Positions 14,301 to 28,040 are shown, counted from the first letter of the stretch. The stretch: 64,000 nucleotides of DNA from Cenococcum geophilum (GCA_050273025.1 CP158635.1:21328001-21392000); one strand, 5' to 3'. Program-made: numbers and translations. Notes: generated by a model from the letters alone, not told the origin.

Positions 14301-14937
14301 TACAAAACGAACCCGAGTCTTTGTCGCGCTCTTTCAAGATTAACCCCGCGGAAGAATCTCGATTTGCATGTCGTATACAGGCGAAAATTCGTCGTACAGA
14401 GTTAATACTTCCACACCGAACGAGTTTTTCACCGGCTCGCACAACTAGTTTTTCTCCAACTAACGGAGACGGGATTGGGCAGTCGTTTGGCCTTTTCAAT
14501 ATGGTATCCGTTGAAGTATCTGGGCTATCTTTCTTGATAAGTGAAGATAAATCCCAATGAGCCTCAGCTAGTTCGTCCAATCCTTCTTGGAGAAGTTGCG
14601 GTGTATCTTTTACGTTCTTTTCTTGTTCCTTCTGTTCCTCGCTAGGCCCAGGCCCAGGTTTCGCCTCAGGTTTCTTGCCTGCTGGAGGTTTTCTGGTTGC
14701 CGGGGTTTCTCTAGATGCTGGAGGTTTTCTAGGGGCCGGGGGTTTTCCGGGTACGGGAGGCTTCCCAGGTGCTGGAGGCTTCCTAGTTACTGGGGGTTTC
14801 TTTGCTGCTTGAGGCTTCTTCGCCACTTGAGTTTTTTCGCCTCGTATAGGGCCCTTATTGGTCTCCGATTTTTTGGGGAGTCTGTTTGATGAGGCCTCTC
14901 CCTGGGCCTTTCTTTTTGCAGCTCGTGTCTCGACCAT
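11306..14937 (-). pseudogene. About 1170-aa protein with two tandem Ulp1-like (C48/CE-clan) cysteine protease domains, disrupted by four in-frame stops
   Basis: Exons 14937-14228, 14166-13872, 13804-11306. Domain 1: *LTNQEV...HHILLLIFQ...VLDS...AQQLVDWACGYHTILNAW. Domain 2: YLNDDNV...GHTLLIMFQ...FLDS...RQRNHTDCGLHTIFNA*. Stops at 13472, 13196, 12281 and 11723 are all in one frame. K/P-rich repeats at the N-terminus. Confidence 0.75.
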
Positions 14938-15736
14938 CTTGGAACCTGAGCTACAAATTTAGCAATAGTGAAGTTAGCCTTTCTAGAAGTTGAGCGGGAG
15001 TTTGGATGCATAAACCGTGATCATAAGAAAGTCGATTAATTAGTTTTGTCAAATAGACAATGAGTGTCCGGATTTGTTAATTGGCTTTGGATGGGACAAT
15101 GGGAGTAATCCGAAAGCAGTGATCGACTCGAGCATCAGGGACAAAGACAATCGGACAAGATATTTAATTGACTAGAAAATAACGTTATTCTATTCACTGA
15201 AGAAAAATAGAAATCAACGAGACGCTTACTCCGTGTGCGCAAACCTGTCGTAATACTCGACAAGTGAGGAATGAAGCGATATTTGCACAAACAAAATCCA
15301 CAAACTCTGCATACTAAAAGATCCCCGCGTTTGTATAGTCCATGGCCTACCCTGTATTCAATGAGTAATGGCGCTCAATGGCATTTTCACACCATCCGGA
15401 TGCCCGCAAGTGCCTGTCTCCAGCAATTGTGTAGAACCTCTCAAAGATTCTCGTTTGCCTTGAGGCTCTTGGAAAACTCGCCTTGACTCGCAGTGAGTCC
15501 GCCTGTTCACTGAATATCGAATAGTTCATCTTGACATCAATTTTACCCGTACAACAGCCTCCCAGCGTTCCCCAACCAAGATGGAGCCCTGACCGCCTCT
15601 ACACGCGGATTTCATTGTGAGGCGGAACTTTTCCTTAGACTACAGCCTAACCTGGTGAAAGTTCTCTACGGTCGCCTAATCTGAAGCCCGCTCGTTATGC
15701 GCGAATCGACCGGAGAGCTGCGTAGCCCATCACAGG

Positions 15737-16703
15737 TCACAAGCCGGGATTTTGGTTCGAGTACTTCTCCATGACATTGAATACAACAGAATTGTCGACA
15801 GCACAATCGCTGCTAGGCTCCCGACAGCCAAGGTCGTTCTCGAGCTCAGTTCCGATATCGGATCTCATGCTCCTGATGATGTTCGCAGCATAAACGCAAG
15901 ATGTGTTGTTGTATGCAATTTGATCGTGCGTGTAAGCTGGTTCTGAAGGGAGAGACCAAGCGTTGTTGAGAGGCAGATCGTATTGATATGCCAGGCTTGG
16001 AAAGCTGTCCGTTTCAGATAGTTCTTGAGAAGTAGCAATAGAAATTTGCGAAAACGTTGGCGTAGATATACTGCTCGGCGTACCAACGCTGCTTGAACCT
16101 ATTGAGTGAGGACTTGCAATCTCTGGGCTCGGTTGAAGAGCAGCAGCTCGCTGATAAGGAATCGAGAGTGGTGGGTTTGGCATGCTCGTGTTCTGCTGCA
16201 CGCTACAAGATCCACTAACACACGATGGTTGCCCGTTACATGCTCTCTTGCATCCTAACATAGAGTCCAGAGTGGGCGCCGCAGAGCCGTAGTCGGTAGT
16301 TCTATCAGTTGCGCCCATAACTGCCGTAATCTCGGATTCGGAAACACCTCTTTCCCTCAACAGCGCACGAAGTCTCTTATTCTCCTCCAATACACGCCGA
16401 GCAGCACTCTGAATCTCAGCCGACGCCTCAACACCCATCTGCTCGCAGTGGCGCAGCTTAGTCTCGAGTTCTTGGAGATACTCCTTGCGTCGGGCGCGAG
16501 ATCGCCGTTGATTGTCGCGGATTCGCGCAAGGTTGTTGCATTTCTGGACTCTAGTCAGGTCAATGGTTAGAACAAGTATATAAATCTGACCGTACCGATG
16601 TCGTTGTTTCACTCATGTTGACTCAGGTAGACTCCCGGTGAGCGTATTGTGAGTTTGATTTGTCTTGATAGGCTGCCGTTACCTTCAGAGGCTGTCTCGT
16701 CAT
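15737..16703 (-). CDS. bZIP transcription factor
   Basis: Basic region RIRDNQRRSRARRKEYLQELETKL followed by a coiled coil. Probable first exon ATG at 16703 (MTRQPLK), intron about 16682-16544. Confidence 0.8.
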
Positions 16704-17236
16704 AATAAAAAGGCGTGATTTGCACTGCGGATCTTCCCTTGGTCATATGCGACGCCGTCATACTGCAAGGACAACGCCACCAATAGCGAGAGTGCTCTAG
16801 TCGTGCAGTGGTCCAAACTCTGCGTGGGAGAAGCAAGACGGCTCCAGATAGAGGGCTGAAGTGGAGTCAATCAAAGCTCTCTATTTCCGGGGAGCCTGCG
16901 CATTGAATTACAAATTGAAATCAAAATACATTACAGCCCCTGTCTATCAGGGGGATGGCCTCAGCAACCCTGCGCCTCCCCATCAGCCGCTTGGTCAGCC
17001 CTATCGCAATTAAGAATTTTTGAAGATCAGAGGTGAAGATCTCTAAAAGCATCGGAGCTGAGAGCATATTTGGCCGTCTCTTCTGCGCTCTTTTGTCTCC
17101 TATATCTTCTTTCACACCTTCGCAGCATACCTGCAGCGGCCCACGAGACATCACCAGGCCCTTTTGTTTACGCTCTGGCACCCCTGTCACACACCTGCAC
17201 CGACCCGCATCCCATCGCGAAGGATCATAATCCACA

Positions 17237-18118
17237 ATGCCTATTTTCCGCAGCATGAGGGGGAATACGGAACGCAGATTTGATCCCACGTACCGATTCA
17301 GCACGTCCTGGCTGCTGCCACCTACAGCTCTCTTCGCTTTCCGGGCACTACTCTCCTTGTACTCCTTTACAACCATATTCACCATATTTGGCTGGTATGG
17401 TTCACGTGGGCTGGTCGAGGCATCTCACAGGTCTTTCAGCTACTTCACAAATCTGACATATTGGGGCTTGGCATTCTACTTTACTTTCAGCGCTGCACAT
17501 ACTGCCAGTTACTGGTTGACTGGTGCATCCCTACTTGCACGCTGGCCGCAAGCTCTGCAAGCATTACATAGTATATTCTACAGTACTATAGTCGTATTTC
17601 CATGGCTGGTTACCAGTGAGTATAGGATGTACCCCGCATTCTGCATAGAGTGACACGTATTAGTTGTTTTCTGGGCCCTCCTATACTCCGGCTTCGATAG
17701 CAAATTCACTGCATGGACCAACATCTCCCAGCACGCCTTAAATTCTGTATATGCCTTCCTCGAGATTACCATTCCCCGAACCGAGCCACCACCCTTCATT
17801 CATATACTTCCCATCATATTTATCCTAGCTATGTACTTGGGATTAGCTTATTTGACATATGATACGGAGCACTTCTTTGTGTACGATTTCTTAAACAACA
17901 AAAAACATTCGCCGGGGTCAGTCGCGGGATATTGCATTGGTATACTCGTGGGCGCAATTATCATATTTCTCATTGTTCGTTGTCTCATTATGTTGAGGGT
18001 TTGGCTCACAGAAAAGAAGATGGGTATGACAGGTAAATTCACTAGCCGTGGAGCACCACGACCAGTCAGCACGGACGCCGAAAAGGATATTGGTCTGATT
18101 GATATGTCTGGGAAATGA
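17237..18118 (+). CDS. Conserved fungal multi-pass membrane protein (FAR-17a/AIG1-like)
   Basis: Intron 17616-17663 joins two hydrophobic ORFs. Motifs FSYFTNLTYWG, NISQHALNS and FFVYDFL. Confidence 0.75.
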
Positions 18119-21100
18119 TTTCAAACTTCAGCGTAGGATGTTCGACGTCTGGGTATGGAGACATTAATGTTTTTTTCGAGCGATATACCCTGTTACTAAT
18201 CACTTTCAATTCAAAACATTTCTCTCCCCTCGCACATTGCTTTTCGCGCATTCTACTCTACTCCATGCCGTTGCACTTGCGTAATAGACGGGACACTGCA
18301 GCACGAGGACGGCTACTCATCTTAGCATCTAAGCCATTTTGAAAAGCCAACCCGAAACAGAACGCTAACGCCACAGTTAGCTGATGAGTCAAGGTAAGGT
18401 ATTTCTTTTGTCATTTCTACCACTCTTTCGCTTGTATTTCAACATCCTCCCTATTATAACGCAAGGGATTGGCTTGCATTCAGGCTTGGGCGACCCCAGC
18501 GACCCCACTCACGTCACCCACATCGGATCGAGACGGTCATCGGCTCCATCGAATAGCAGCCATTTTCAGCCTTGTCAGGGCAGCCGAAGGATCCCAGAAA
18601 CCCGTTTCGTGATATGCCGACCCACAAAAAGAAAGTTTTTTCATTAGTATTCTGTTACCATATCCCGACGATCTTAGGATTCCAGAGCCATGTACCGCGT
18701 GCAGTTCCCAAGCTCGATAATTGGTCACGCAGCGGCCGAGTTCCTGGCCTAAGGGTTGCGAGCGAGGGCCCTAAGAGGAAGGCAGCAAAGATGGCGTTGC
18801 TCTGTGCAGATTACGGTAGCTAGAGAAGTTTCTGCGAATATTCTAGGCAGCTTCCATGCGTATTCTATGGGATTTCGTTGGTTCGTTGCCTCTTACAAGA
18901 TCCGCAGCCAGCAAAGCTTAGGCGTTATTGAGCCATTCTTATCCAATCAAATAAGGCACGCGAGACCTCACGGACCACTCCTTGCCAAGCATCGCGGACG
19001 GGATAGGAGCCCACAGGAGTGACGTGGAGGTGGCTCCTGCAACAGCCCCTGCAAGGGCTCTAGAATGTGGCTTCCGCTTCTAGAAGAACTTTGACCAGCT
19101 TCTCGACGCAACCTAGGCTCTTTTCCACTATGGTGGCCAACTAGAGGCGACCTGCGAGCACACGACATGGATTCAACCGCGCTGTGCGATGAGAAAAAAG
19201 TTATCTCCGAGCTTGCGATGCAGCAGTGTGACGAACCGCTGCGCTCCAGTGCATCATAATCTCCTGCATGCAGCGGGATGGGGCTGCAGAAGTGCTCGGA
19301 TCTCATACGGAATCTTCCCTTGAAGTCTATTGCGATTTCGATAACACATCCAAGCACAATGTCAATCTGACGTGCTATGATAGGACTCTCTCGTGCATCT
19401 CCAACACTTGGAGGATCCACTCGAATATCATCAAGATGTGAGACACTATGCGGAGACCTGTTCGCATAATCTCCAAATGCATGGATCCAGTATCTGCATT
19501 CAGCGGTAACCTCGCCACCAACCCTTCACCGATAATCGCTGAAATCCGCAACTATACACCTCTTTTATCGTTGACCGACTATGCATACGACGCCCGGAGC
19601 ACCTCTCACACACCGCATGACCCCTCTTGTTGAACAACCTTGCAAGCAACCTCGACAGTGACATGATGCAAGCATCAGGAAAGGATGAGTTCGTGTTTCA
19701 CTTCACTTTGAGTCTGATCGTTCCTCAAACCGCCACCATCTTTTGCCCTTTCTTAGACCGTGCCGTCTCTTGCGCTAGTAATCGAGACCAGAAATGCAAT
19801 CGCTATTCGCCACTATTGATAGAAGCCCCTGAGCCACTTTCTGAAAGCGATACGCCAAGTGCTTCCGTCAGATGAGGATCTGTAAGCCAAGGCTAACTTC
19901 GCTTTTACTCTGGAAGAGTGGTATTCCGAAATCGCTTTTCGTATACTGAGGTCCTGTACAGGATCAAGAGAGTGCCCCATGCTGAGGATTTCTCACTGCA
20001 GGAAAAGGCCTCACCCCGCCGAGTAGCGAATGCCAGATCTGACTAATTTCCAAGCGAGCAGAGTCTCCACCACTGTTAACTCTCCAATGTCTGCAAAGTT
20101 CCTCGGTCAATGAACACGAAGCATTCGGCCTCCTTGCTCTACCAGAGCCCACTCGACGAACCGAGATGTAGGCCTCGCTATGCTCGAGTTGAGCATACGA
20201 CCCTCACCTCATCTTCCTTAAGGATCTTGAACGCAGACTCGTCTGACTACCCCACTGATATAGAGTAGATAGTTTCATACCCGTCAGAACGGTACAATAT
20301 CGTCGAGCATCTCGATAACGAGCCTTCGCAACCGGAAATTGTCTTCGAAACGGCCCCCACGCTCCTACCGGTTTAATCCTCATCGCGTCTTCAAGCCGCT
20401 CACCAGGCACAATGCAGGTTGACGTGATCCGGGCCGACCCGCCAGGACGACACCCCGCTTACGAGAGATTCGCGCATCGTTTTTGTGTTACCGTCCCCAA
20501 GAAAAACTCAGCATCGCCAATCGCAACTGCGCGTCATGCCCGGGATGCCGACGGTGAGTATCTAGAACAGCGCCAAGAACAATACGCGCGCCTTACGCCG
20601 TGCGCCATGCATCGTTCTCGCGTGTCATCTACCCCGGAGGAAGGGAAGGGTTCGGTAGGGTTTCATGACCGCGTGGCGAGGTGCGGGGATGAAGGCTAAA
20701 AAGGCTGATAGTTTCGAAAGTGCAGCACGTCTCATCGACTCGATCAGCGAGAGATTTGGGTTTTGTGCGCAAGGTGGGTGGGCTGTCGATTGCGGTTGGG
20801 TAGGGCTTGGTAGGATAGCGTCGGCTGCGTTTTGGACTCCTTGGTGCTTAAAATAGGCTAAATATGACGGAAAATCGCGGATGATGCTCGATGGCGTCGC
20901 GTAGATATTTATGGGCAGATGGGTTTGGTTGATTAAGATAGGGCCGATGGGGGAGCTTGGTGGTTCGGATGTTTACATCTTGGGATGTTTTTGGCATCGA
21001 GATGTGGACTGCGGTTGAGGCTTTCAGGCTGCGGTAGGTGATGCGGCATCGTGAGTGCTTGGCTCCGTCGGAATGATGGCTTCCGTCTTTGATGGGACGG

Positions 21101-22092
21101 TCTAGTGTTGATCGATCCTAAAGCTGTCGAGACGAATGAGTTGAGACTTCGGTGGAGTGTACTGAAGGGATGTCGAAGAATTTATTAGATAATAATTGAA
21201 GATGAGAGTTGAGAGCCCTTCCCCTAGTTGAAACATCCTGGCATGCATTGAAAAGCATCTTGATACCGGTCCGGCAATAACGGAAAGGCTAGTTAATAGG
21301 TGTTGAAGCCCGGTAGAGCTCGCCCCCGACTAGATGATAGAAAGGGGGATCAGAGGGTTTGAGACGATACCATCCGGAGAGCTGGAACTAGTAGATTTAG
21401 TTGAGGTACTCATATGTCACATCGGGTAACAGTGACTTGGCAGGAGGAATAGTTTTTTGAAGCTTATGCTTTCCATGAGGCCGAATGTTGAGCTTGACAA
21501 TTTTTGGAAGGTTAGAAAATGGAAATGTTTATCTTCTCAGTTAGTAACTTTGAATTATCATCAGATTAGAGGATATTGAAATGATCAAAGAAGTAAATGG
21601 CTGGAAGAATTATAGACGATTTCGAACAATTTCTGAACAGTTTTTGAACTCAAAGAACTCGTATCGATTGTACTAGTGTGGCATCCTCCGGAAAGGAATG
21701 GGAGCTGCTAACGGGGAAAACAATTTACCAGATTCCAGGAAGAGTGAAGTCTAAAGGAAGAGGCGGCTGCAGAAGCCTGACCGTCATGTATGGAAAAGAG
21801 GAAATTGATTCCAGCATGAGAGTACTTTGAGCACCATGACAGCAGAAGGCGCCCCCACAGAAAACCTTGTTCAACACCGAGCCCAAAAAAAATGAAACCA
21901 AAGTGTCGAAGAAGAGAACGCAGGTCTTTTGTAGACCGAGAAAAGAAGTTAAACTGACAGTAAAATGCTAAAAGTATAAGCATTTTCCTGGACCTCCTGG
22001 AAACGTTCAGCATGTATCTCCCAGATATGATCCAGCACCGAGCAATGACAGGTATCTTCTTCAAATCACCAGGCACACCACCTCTGCGAGCT

Positions 22093-22916
22093 TTACATGA
22101 CCACACATCCACAGCAGCCTCTGCTTTGGTTCTCGCCATTTACCTCCGTTTTTCCAGTTTGACCGTTGGCGCCTTGCGCTGGTGCCCCCGAACCATATGA
22201 TGACATTTCCTTATTGTACCTGCGGATTTCTCGTACGATATCGTAGAATGCGTTGTCCACATTGATGCGTGATTTCGCCGACGTCTCGATGAACTTGCAA
22301 CCAAACTGCCGTGCCAAATTCTGACCCTCTGATAGCCGAAATATTAGAGCCAAAAGTAGACGTGAAAGGGTGCGCGTGGTGGGACTGACCTTGTGTTGAC
22401 ACCTGCCTCTCTCCTTCAAGATCACACTTATTTCCGACGACAATCATAGGGAAATAGTCCTTGTCCTTTACCCGTAGAATCTGCTGCTGGAAGGTCATAA
22501 TCTCTTCGAAGGATTGCCGATCCGTTATCGAGTAGACGAGCAGGAAACCCTCTCCTGTCCGCATGTACTGTTCTCGCATGGCTGAATATTCCTCCTGACC
22601 TGCTGTGTCAAGGACGTCGAGAAGGGCTACCTCATCGTCGATCACGCACTGCTTACGGTAGGAGTCTACAAACATTTAAGCTCCCCGTTAGCTCGAATAA
22701 GTGGAGAAAGGGAGTCAGAAATGAAGGAAACTGACCTTCGATCGTCGGGTCATACTCGTCCACGAAGTGGCTTTGAATGAGTTGAATGGTTAAGCACGAC
22801 TTGCCCACACCACCTCCGCCAACCACTACCAGTTTGTACTCCCGGAGGAACTGTCGGATTGAGTGTTAGAAATTGGCTCCTCGTCCCAAAATGAAGCCAC
22901 TTACCTTCGAAGCCAT
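22093..22916 (-). CDS. ras1: Ras GTPase (Ras1/RasA)
   Basis: [43 protein letters not shown] and ETSAK motifs. CAAX end CCGCVVM. Three introns. Confidence 0.97.
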
Positions 22917-24314
22917 TATATGTGAGGTGAATCAGCGTCTTGAAGCGTCTGAAAGAACTTTGCTTTGCTGCAGATGCTTGGGCGCTTGTTCGCCAATGCC
23001 GAACTAGCAGCGAGCAAAAGAGGAGGCGGAAAACGAACGAAGACGGTCTGGTCGATCAAGGTTGTCGATCAGGAGAATGCGACAGGACAGAAGGAGTGGA
23101 GGTGCGTGGAATTCGGGTTGCAATTGACGTCGTTGCCGGATGGGTTGAGGAGATGGTGGTAATGGGGATGCTGGTGGTGAGGGTTTGTGTCTTGAGTAGC
23201 TTCATAGGCTCGGCAGCAAAATGGCAAGGTTATCACAGCCCTGATTCGTCTGAACGCCAGAGCAGAACTCACGGCCCTGCAGAACTGGCAGGAAGCGACA
23301 TGCCTGCCCTAGACTCCTTGAGAGCAGCTAGCCTCTTTACGCACCACCAAGAGAAGGCCACAGCCAGTCCCCACGATTCTCGCTGAGTCCACCGTCTCTC
23401 CCACGCAGAGCAGCGCTACAGCGGTGCCAGAACGGGACCGCCTCCAGTGATTGACCACAGCCAAGGGCGCTGTAAAAGAAACATATCTATCCAGTCAGCG
23501 TCCACCACTTGTGGCTCGCCGCGCGAAAAAGAAGCAGACCTCGTAGCCTTCTTGACCGCCGTCTGCACGCCAGAACGGGGGGTGCCTTTGGGACGCCCTG
23601 GCTCCCGCTGCAGGCTTCGCACAGGCTTTACAAAGGCTCCACACAGGAAGAGAATGTGGCAAGGCAATCCGGCATGTTGCCACGCCCGGAGGAATGCGCC
23701 ATCTCACAAGGGCGCAGCTCTCAGGACCCAGCGTCCAGAGCTTAGGGTGCGGCGCAGGAACACAGCGATCGCAGCACTGAGCGCAGCGCTCGAAGATAAG
23801 TCTCAACTTTTTTTTCAGTCCCCCCAGTCATGTGAGATCCGACGCATGCGCGAGAGCGGGTTCACGCACCATCAAGCCTCGTCAGGGAACGCCCCTGTGT
23901 CAGGTTGTCGCCGGCGAACGGGTACATACATGCTGCGGTAACGGAGTAGGGCTCAGTGAGCGGTGCGTGTTTCCTGAGCATGAAGCGCATTTATCGCCCA
24001 GGTCAGCCTGTGTATCGCGCGTCCTCACCTTATCTGGACCACGAGGAGTACACGCGAAAGATTAATTGCTCCCACGAGGCTAGCGTTGGCAGGCGTTGAC
24101 AAGACTTTATTAAACACTCCTATCAGGCTATCAACCGCGTGTTGATATGCACCCCATCCGAAGTCCGCTTGGCACGCCTAAAGCGGGACAGCCTTCTGGA
24201 TTTATTCGAGAAGAGCTCAAAGTTTATTAGGTGGGACAGCGCTCCACAACACTCCACCAACACTCCGTTCCACGCAGTGTATCATACAGTATTGAATTCA
24301 AAAAGCTGGCCCAC

Positions 24315-25453
24315 TCACCCGGACGCCAGCCTGCCTGCTTCTGGATCGCCATCCTCCACATCATCTTCCCCTTCTACCGATACCCTCTTCCCCTGCACCG
24401 CCTTCTCGACCTCAGGAACCAAACCTTCCATGTATTCGCGGTCCCTTCCCACAAGCGTGACCGTGTTACTCTGCTTACCCCACCGTGGATAACTCCCTAC
24501 CTTGACACTTTTCGGCTCCACCTTAGCCGCCAGTTCCGTCAGGTATTCTGCAATGGCACTTTCTGCCATTGGAGTAGAAAATAATATTCGCTCCACTCCT
24601 TTACCTTCCGGGTCAGTCAATCTAGGCAAAATGCCAGGCTTCAATCCATCCAGCATGCTCTGAAATAAACTAGGCACGCCCGGGAGAATATGGATATTCC
24701 CGTTCACAACGCTAATCGGCACCCAGAGCTTCTCGTCCACAAACACTACTTGTTCCTCCAATGACTTAGAATCATTTATGGGCAGCTCCACCATACGCTT
24801 CTTTGCTGCAAGAGCAGCAGATGGCGTCTCCCAGTCAAAGTTTGGTTGTGAGGGATGGGGCTTTGATAACCGCTTCATCCTGGCAAATGCATCTTCGTGT
24901 AGTTTCAAAGACAGATTAAAAGCTTTAGCTATTGATTGATATGTAATGTCATCGTGTCTGTGGTGCAGTCCCGCACTTAGCAATTGTATTGCACCGCATG
25001 AGTATTGCCAGCACTTACGTAGGACCAATTCCCCCTGATGTCACAACGAGGTCGTAGTTCGTCGACATCCTCCGCGTAGCCTCCACAATTTCGTCTTCAT
25101 CATCGGCGATAACTTCTATCCTTTTGAGGTTGATGCCCAAGGAAAAGCAGAACTTAGCGAAGTACGCTGAGTTTGTGTCGACAGTCTGCAACGCACGCCT
25201 TAGCAAATGGCCCTCCTACGCACAATCCACAATTATTGACCTTGCCGCCTAGCACTTCATCTCCTATAATTAAGCACGCCGCTGTGTGTATCAGCCCTTT
25301 GCCGTGCCCTCCTTCTGCGGCCATGGCTGGCGACGTTGTGGACGAGGTGACACCGTTCACCAATCCGACTCTGGGGTTTGCAGCAGATAGATGTACGTAA
25401 TTCGGAAGGGGCCGAGAGAGATGTCTAACCAACTGATTCAGTCTGCCAAACAT
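24315..25453 (-). CDS. Molybdopterin-binding/CinA-like domain protein (FAD pyrophosphatase Fpy1-like)
   Basis: IIGDEVLGGK-TVDTNS, VVTSGGIGPT-HDDITY, NIHILPGVP and KVGSYP motifs. Two introns. Arg/Leu-rich N-terminus resembling a presequence. Confidence 0.85.
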
Positions 25454-25686
25454 GGGAGGTTCAAGAGGTGGCTGCGTTGAGCGTGTGATTTGCCGGCTGC
25501 ATGAAATAGAGAGTTCAAGAGGTCTTTGTCGCCAACCGCGCGAGTCAGAACTGTCATGCGTTAGCCTGCCCCGCATGACATCCCCGACTTAAGGACCTCA
25601 TTGCATTCAGCTCCTCAGCCCTATCTCCTGCAAGCGTGCACTTCTGCAGCCTTAACACCCTCTCCTCCACGGACATTACTATCAGA

Positions 25687-26359
25687 ATGGTAAGGTGGCT
25701 TGAAGATTCCTACTTTTCGGCGAGGCTGATCTGAATATTGCAGTCCTCCGAGGCACGTCTCTACACCTTCTCCACCGAGACCAAAGACAAGCTGCGCAAG
25801 TTCCGACTGGGCACTTCAAGGGCCAAAGACCCCCAGGCCGTCATCTGTACGCACGCACACTCCTTTACCATCATGCGGCCCTTCGATGCAATTATTTCGC
25901 GACAATGCGCAGACAGCAACTACCGATCCCTGCTCCTCGAAACAGGCTGATACGTGTACCTCGAGCCAGACCAGATAAACAAGAATACGCTTGAGATATC
26001 ACAAGCTGACGATGATGTCTACTCGAATATGGAAGAATTAGGGGATGGGCTTCCTGACCATGCTCCGCGTTTCGTCCTCATGAGTTATCCTCTTACCCTC
26101 GTAGGTCCTGCGAATCGGCTTCACCAAGTCATCTCCTGCCGAACATCCACTCACGAGAGTTATCCAGTCCTCCGGCCGTTTGTCCGTGCCGTATGTCATG
26201 ATATACTACCTACCGGTCACATGTAACAACGAGGTGCGGATGCTGTATGCTGGTGCCAAGGAGCTTATGCGTAACACTGCGGAGGTAGGCAAGATTATTG
26301 AGATCGATTCTGCCGAGGACTTGGAAGATATTGAGGAGAAACTCAAGGGTGAGGCATGA
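25687..26359 (+). CDS. AIM7: Glia maturation factor (GMF) family, ADF/cofilin fold
   Basis: ATG-only first exon (25687-25689), then SSEARLYTFS...LRKFRL, LPDHAPRFVLMSYP, GRLSVPYVMIYYLP and MLYAGAKEL. Confidence 0.88.
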
Positions 26360-26473
26360 TAGGAAGAAGTTTGGCTAGCATGAAGAATACATCTATCCGT
26401 ACGAGTTGAAAAGAGTTGCCAAGTACATGCATACGGCTGGATAAGGTATGGCCGCAAAAAACCATCTCTGTTA

Positions 26474-27095
26474 GGGGCCGTTCGGTTGCAACTTCAGAAT
26501 CAATCTAGAGGCTCCAGAATATAGCCGATCTGAAGCTTACATCTGATTCTGATGCAACTGAAGCTCCTTCGGATCGGCAACCGCGTCAAATTTGCAAGCT
26601 AAACCGTATACAGTAATTGAAATAAGGTTCTTAGCGTCAGATTGAAAAGGAGCTCCAAGCTCCTGATTCAGAAATCAGATCAATCTGGAGCTCTCGCGTA
26701 CGCGCCCGATTGATGACTTTTAGTGATACGGCGACTCTACCCACCTCGATTGCGATACTGCTATCGCAACTGCATCCCCTCTATGATGTCATAATCTTAA
26801 CTTTTGTGCGTAGAAAACGTCGATTGAGGATCTGGAGGAGTAGGAGACTCCATTACTACACCATATGCCAAAGTCGCGATAGAGGTGTAGCAGAGGCCGG
26901 GATCGCTTGGATCGCTCACCAAAATTTAATCACTCATTGTGCAACGTCAAATTCTGAGAGCCTCATCTGGAGCCTCACCGATCGATCAACTTAATTACAG
27001 ATTCAACTGAGTCATGGTAGTAGACGCCACTAATTACAAACCGGTTAACACTAAAAGGCGCACAGATCAAGAAGATTCTGCAACCGAACGGCCCC
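26474..27095. mobile_element. PIF/Harbinger-like MITE (622 bp)
   Basis: Perfect 17-bp TIR GGGGCCGTTCGGTTGCA / TGCAACCGAACGGCCCC with TTA target duplication (26471-26473, 27096-27098). No coding capacity recognised. Confidence 0.85.
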
Positions 27096-27335
27096 TTAGA
27101 TAATATGATGTAACCGAAAGCTAGAAATTACTCGAGTACGCCTTTCATGCCGTGTCACGACCAAAAGCTCAGTTCATAGCGCGAGCTTTTTATGAAATTT
27201 TTTTAGCCCAATCTGGGCTACTCCGCTCTCCGCACTTACCACCAATTTGATCTGTTCTCCACGCATATCTCGCCGATTTCCCACAGCCCCAGCCAAAACG
27301 TGATATCTTCCTAGATTTTCCGATAATTGAGCAAA

Positions 27336-28040
27336 GCTTATCTCATGAATCAGACCCTCGGTGGACCGTTGGTACGTGCACTACGCGCACGGGCGGGCAT
27401 ACTGCTCCTTATTAACCAACGAATTTTCCACCGAGGGTCTGAGAGCTTATGGGCGTCGCTTTGGTGGTAACGGAGCGTCAAAACATACCAAAAGTCACCT
27501 TTTTCACTGCCGTATCTCGACCCTTTTATAACGTCTAGTTATTATAAAAATACTACGAGGTGGGAGCTCTTTAGCTTCTCTATTTATTGCATTAAATAAT
27601 AAAGTCGTAGCTATATTATATAAAATATTAGACATGGGCAGTCGGTCGCGTTATGGCCAAAATCCGTCTAAAATCTACCAAAATCGCAAAATTTGGATGC
27701 ATTTGAGAATTTAGGGTTACCTTTTGCGACGCTGTATCTCTCCCCTTATTATTATAAATATAGGATTATAATGTATATAACTAAGGAGATAAATACTTAA
27801 AGAATCTATTACATCAAACAAATATATTATAACTAGAATATCTAAGTTATGGTATACAAAAAGACACGAAAGTTGGCTCTTAAAACATTCAAGTACCACC
27901 AAAGCTAGGACCATAAGCTCTCAGACGCTCTTTAGAAGATTTTGGGAGGGGGGTATAGGGAGCCGTTAAAGGGGGGGAACGTGCTTCCCCTGCTCCGTAA
28001 CTAAAATCTACTACGGAGCGTCTGATTTATGAGATAAAGC
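27336..28040. repeat. Nested inverted-repeat element of unknown class
   Basis: Outer IR about 27336-27359 / 28016-28040. Inner IR 27433-27452 / 27911-27930 (19 of 20 match). AT-rich core. Confidence 0.6.

Noticed and set aside
10000..15500. Starship or other giant element carrying the protease gene
   Set aside because: No tyrosine-recombinase captain or transposase and no terminal repeats or TSD found in the window.
22940..24065. Several 60-160 aa ORFs upstream of ras1
   Set aside because: Overlapping, no recognisable motifs, and consistent with the GC-rich ras1 5' UTR/promoter.
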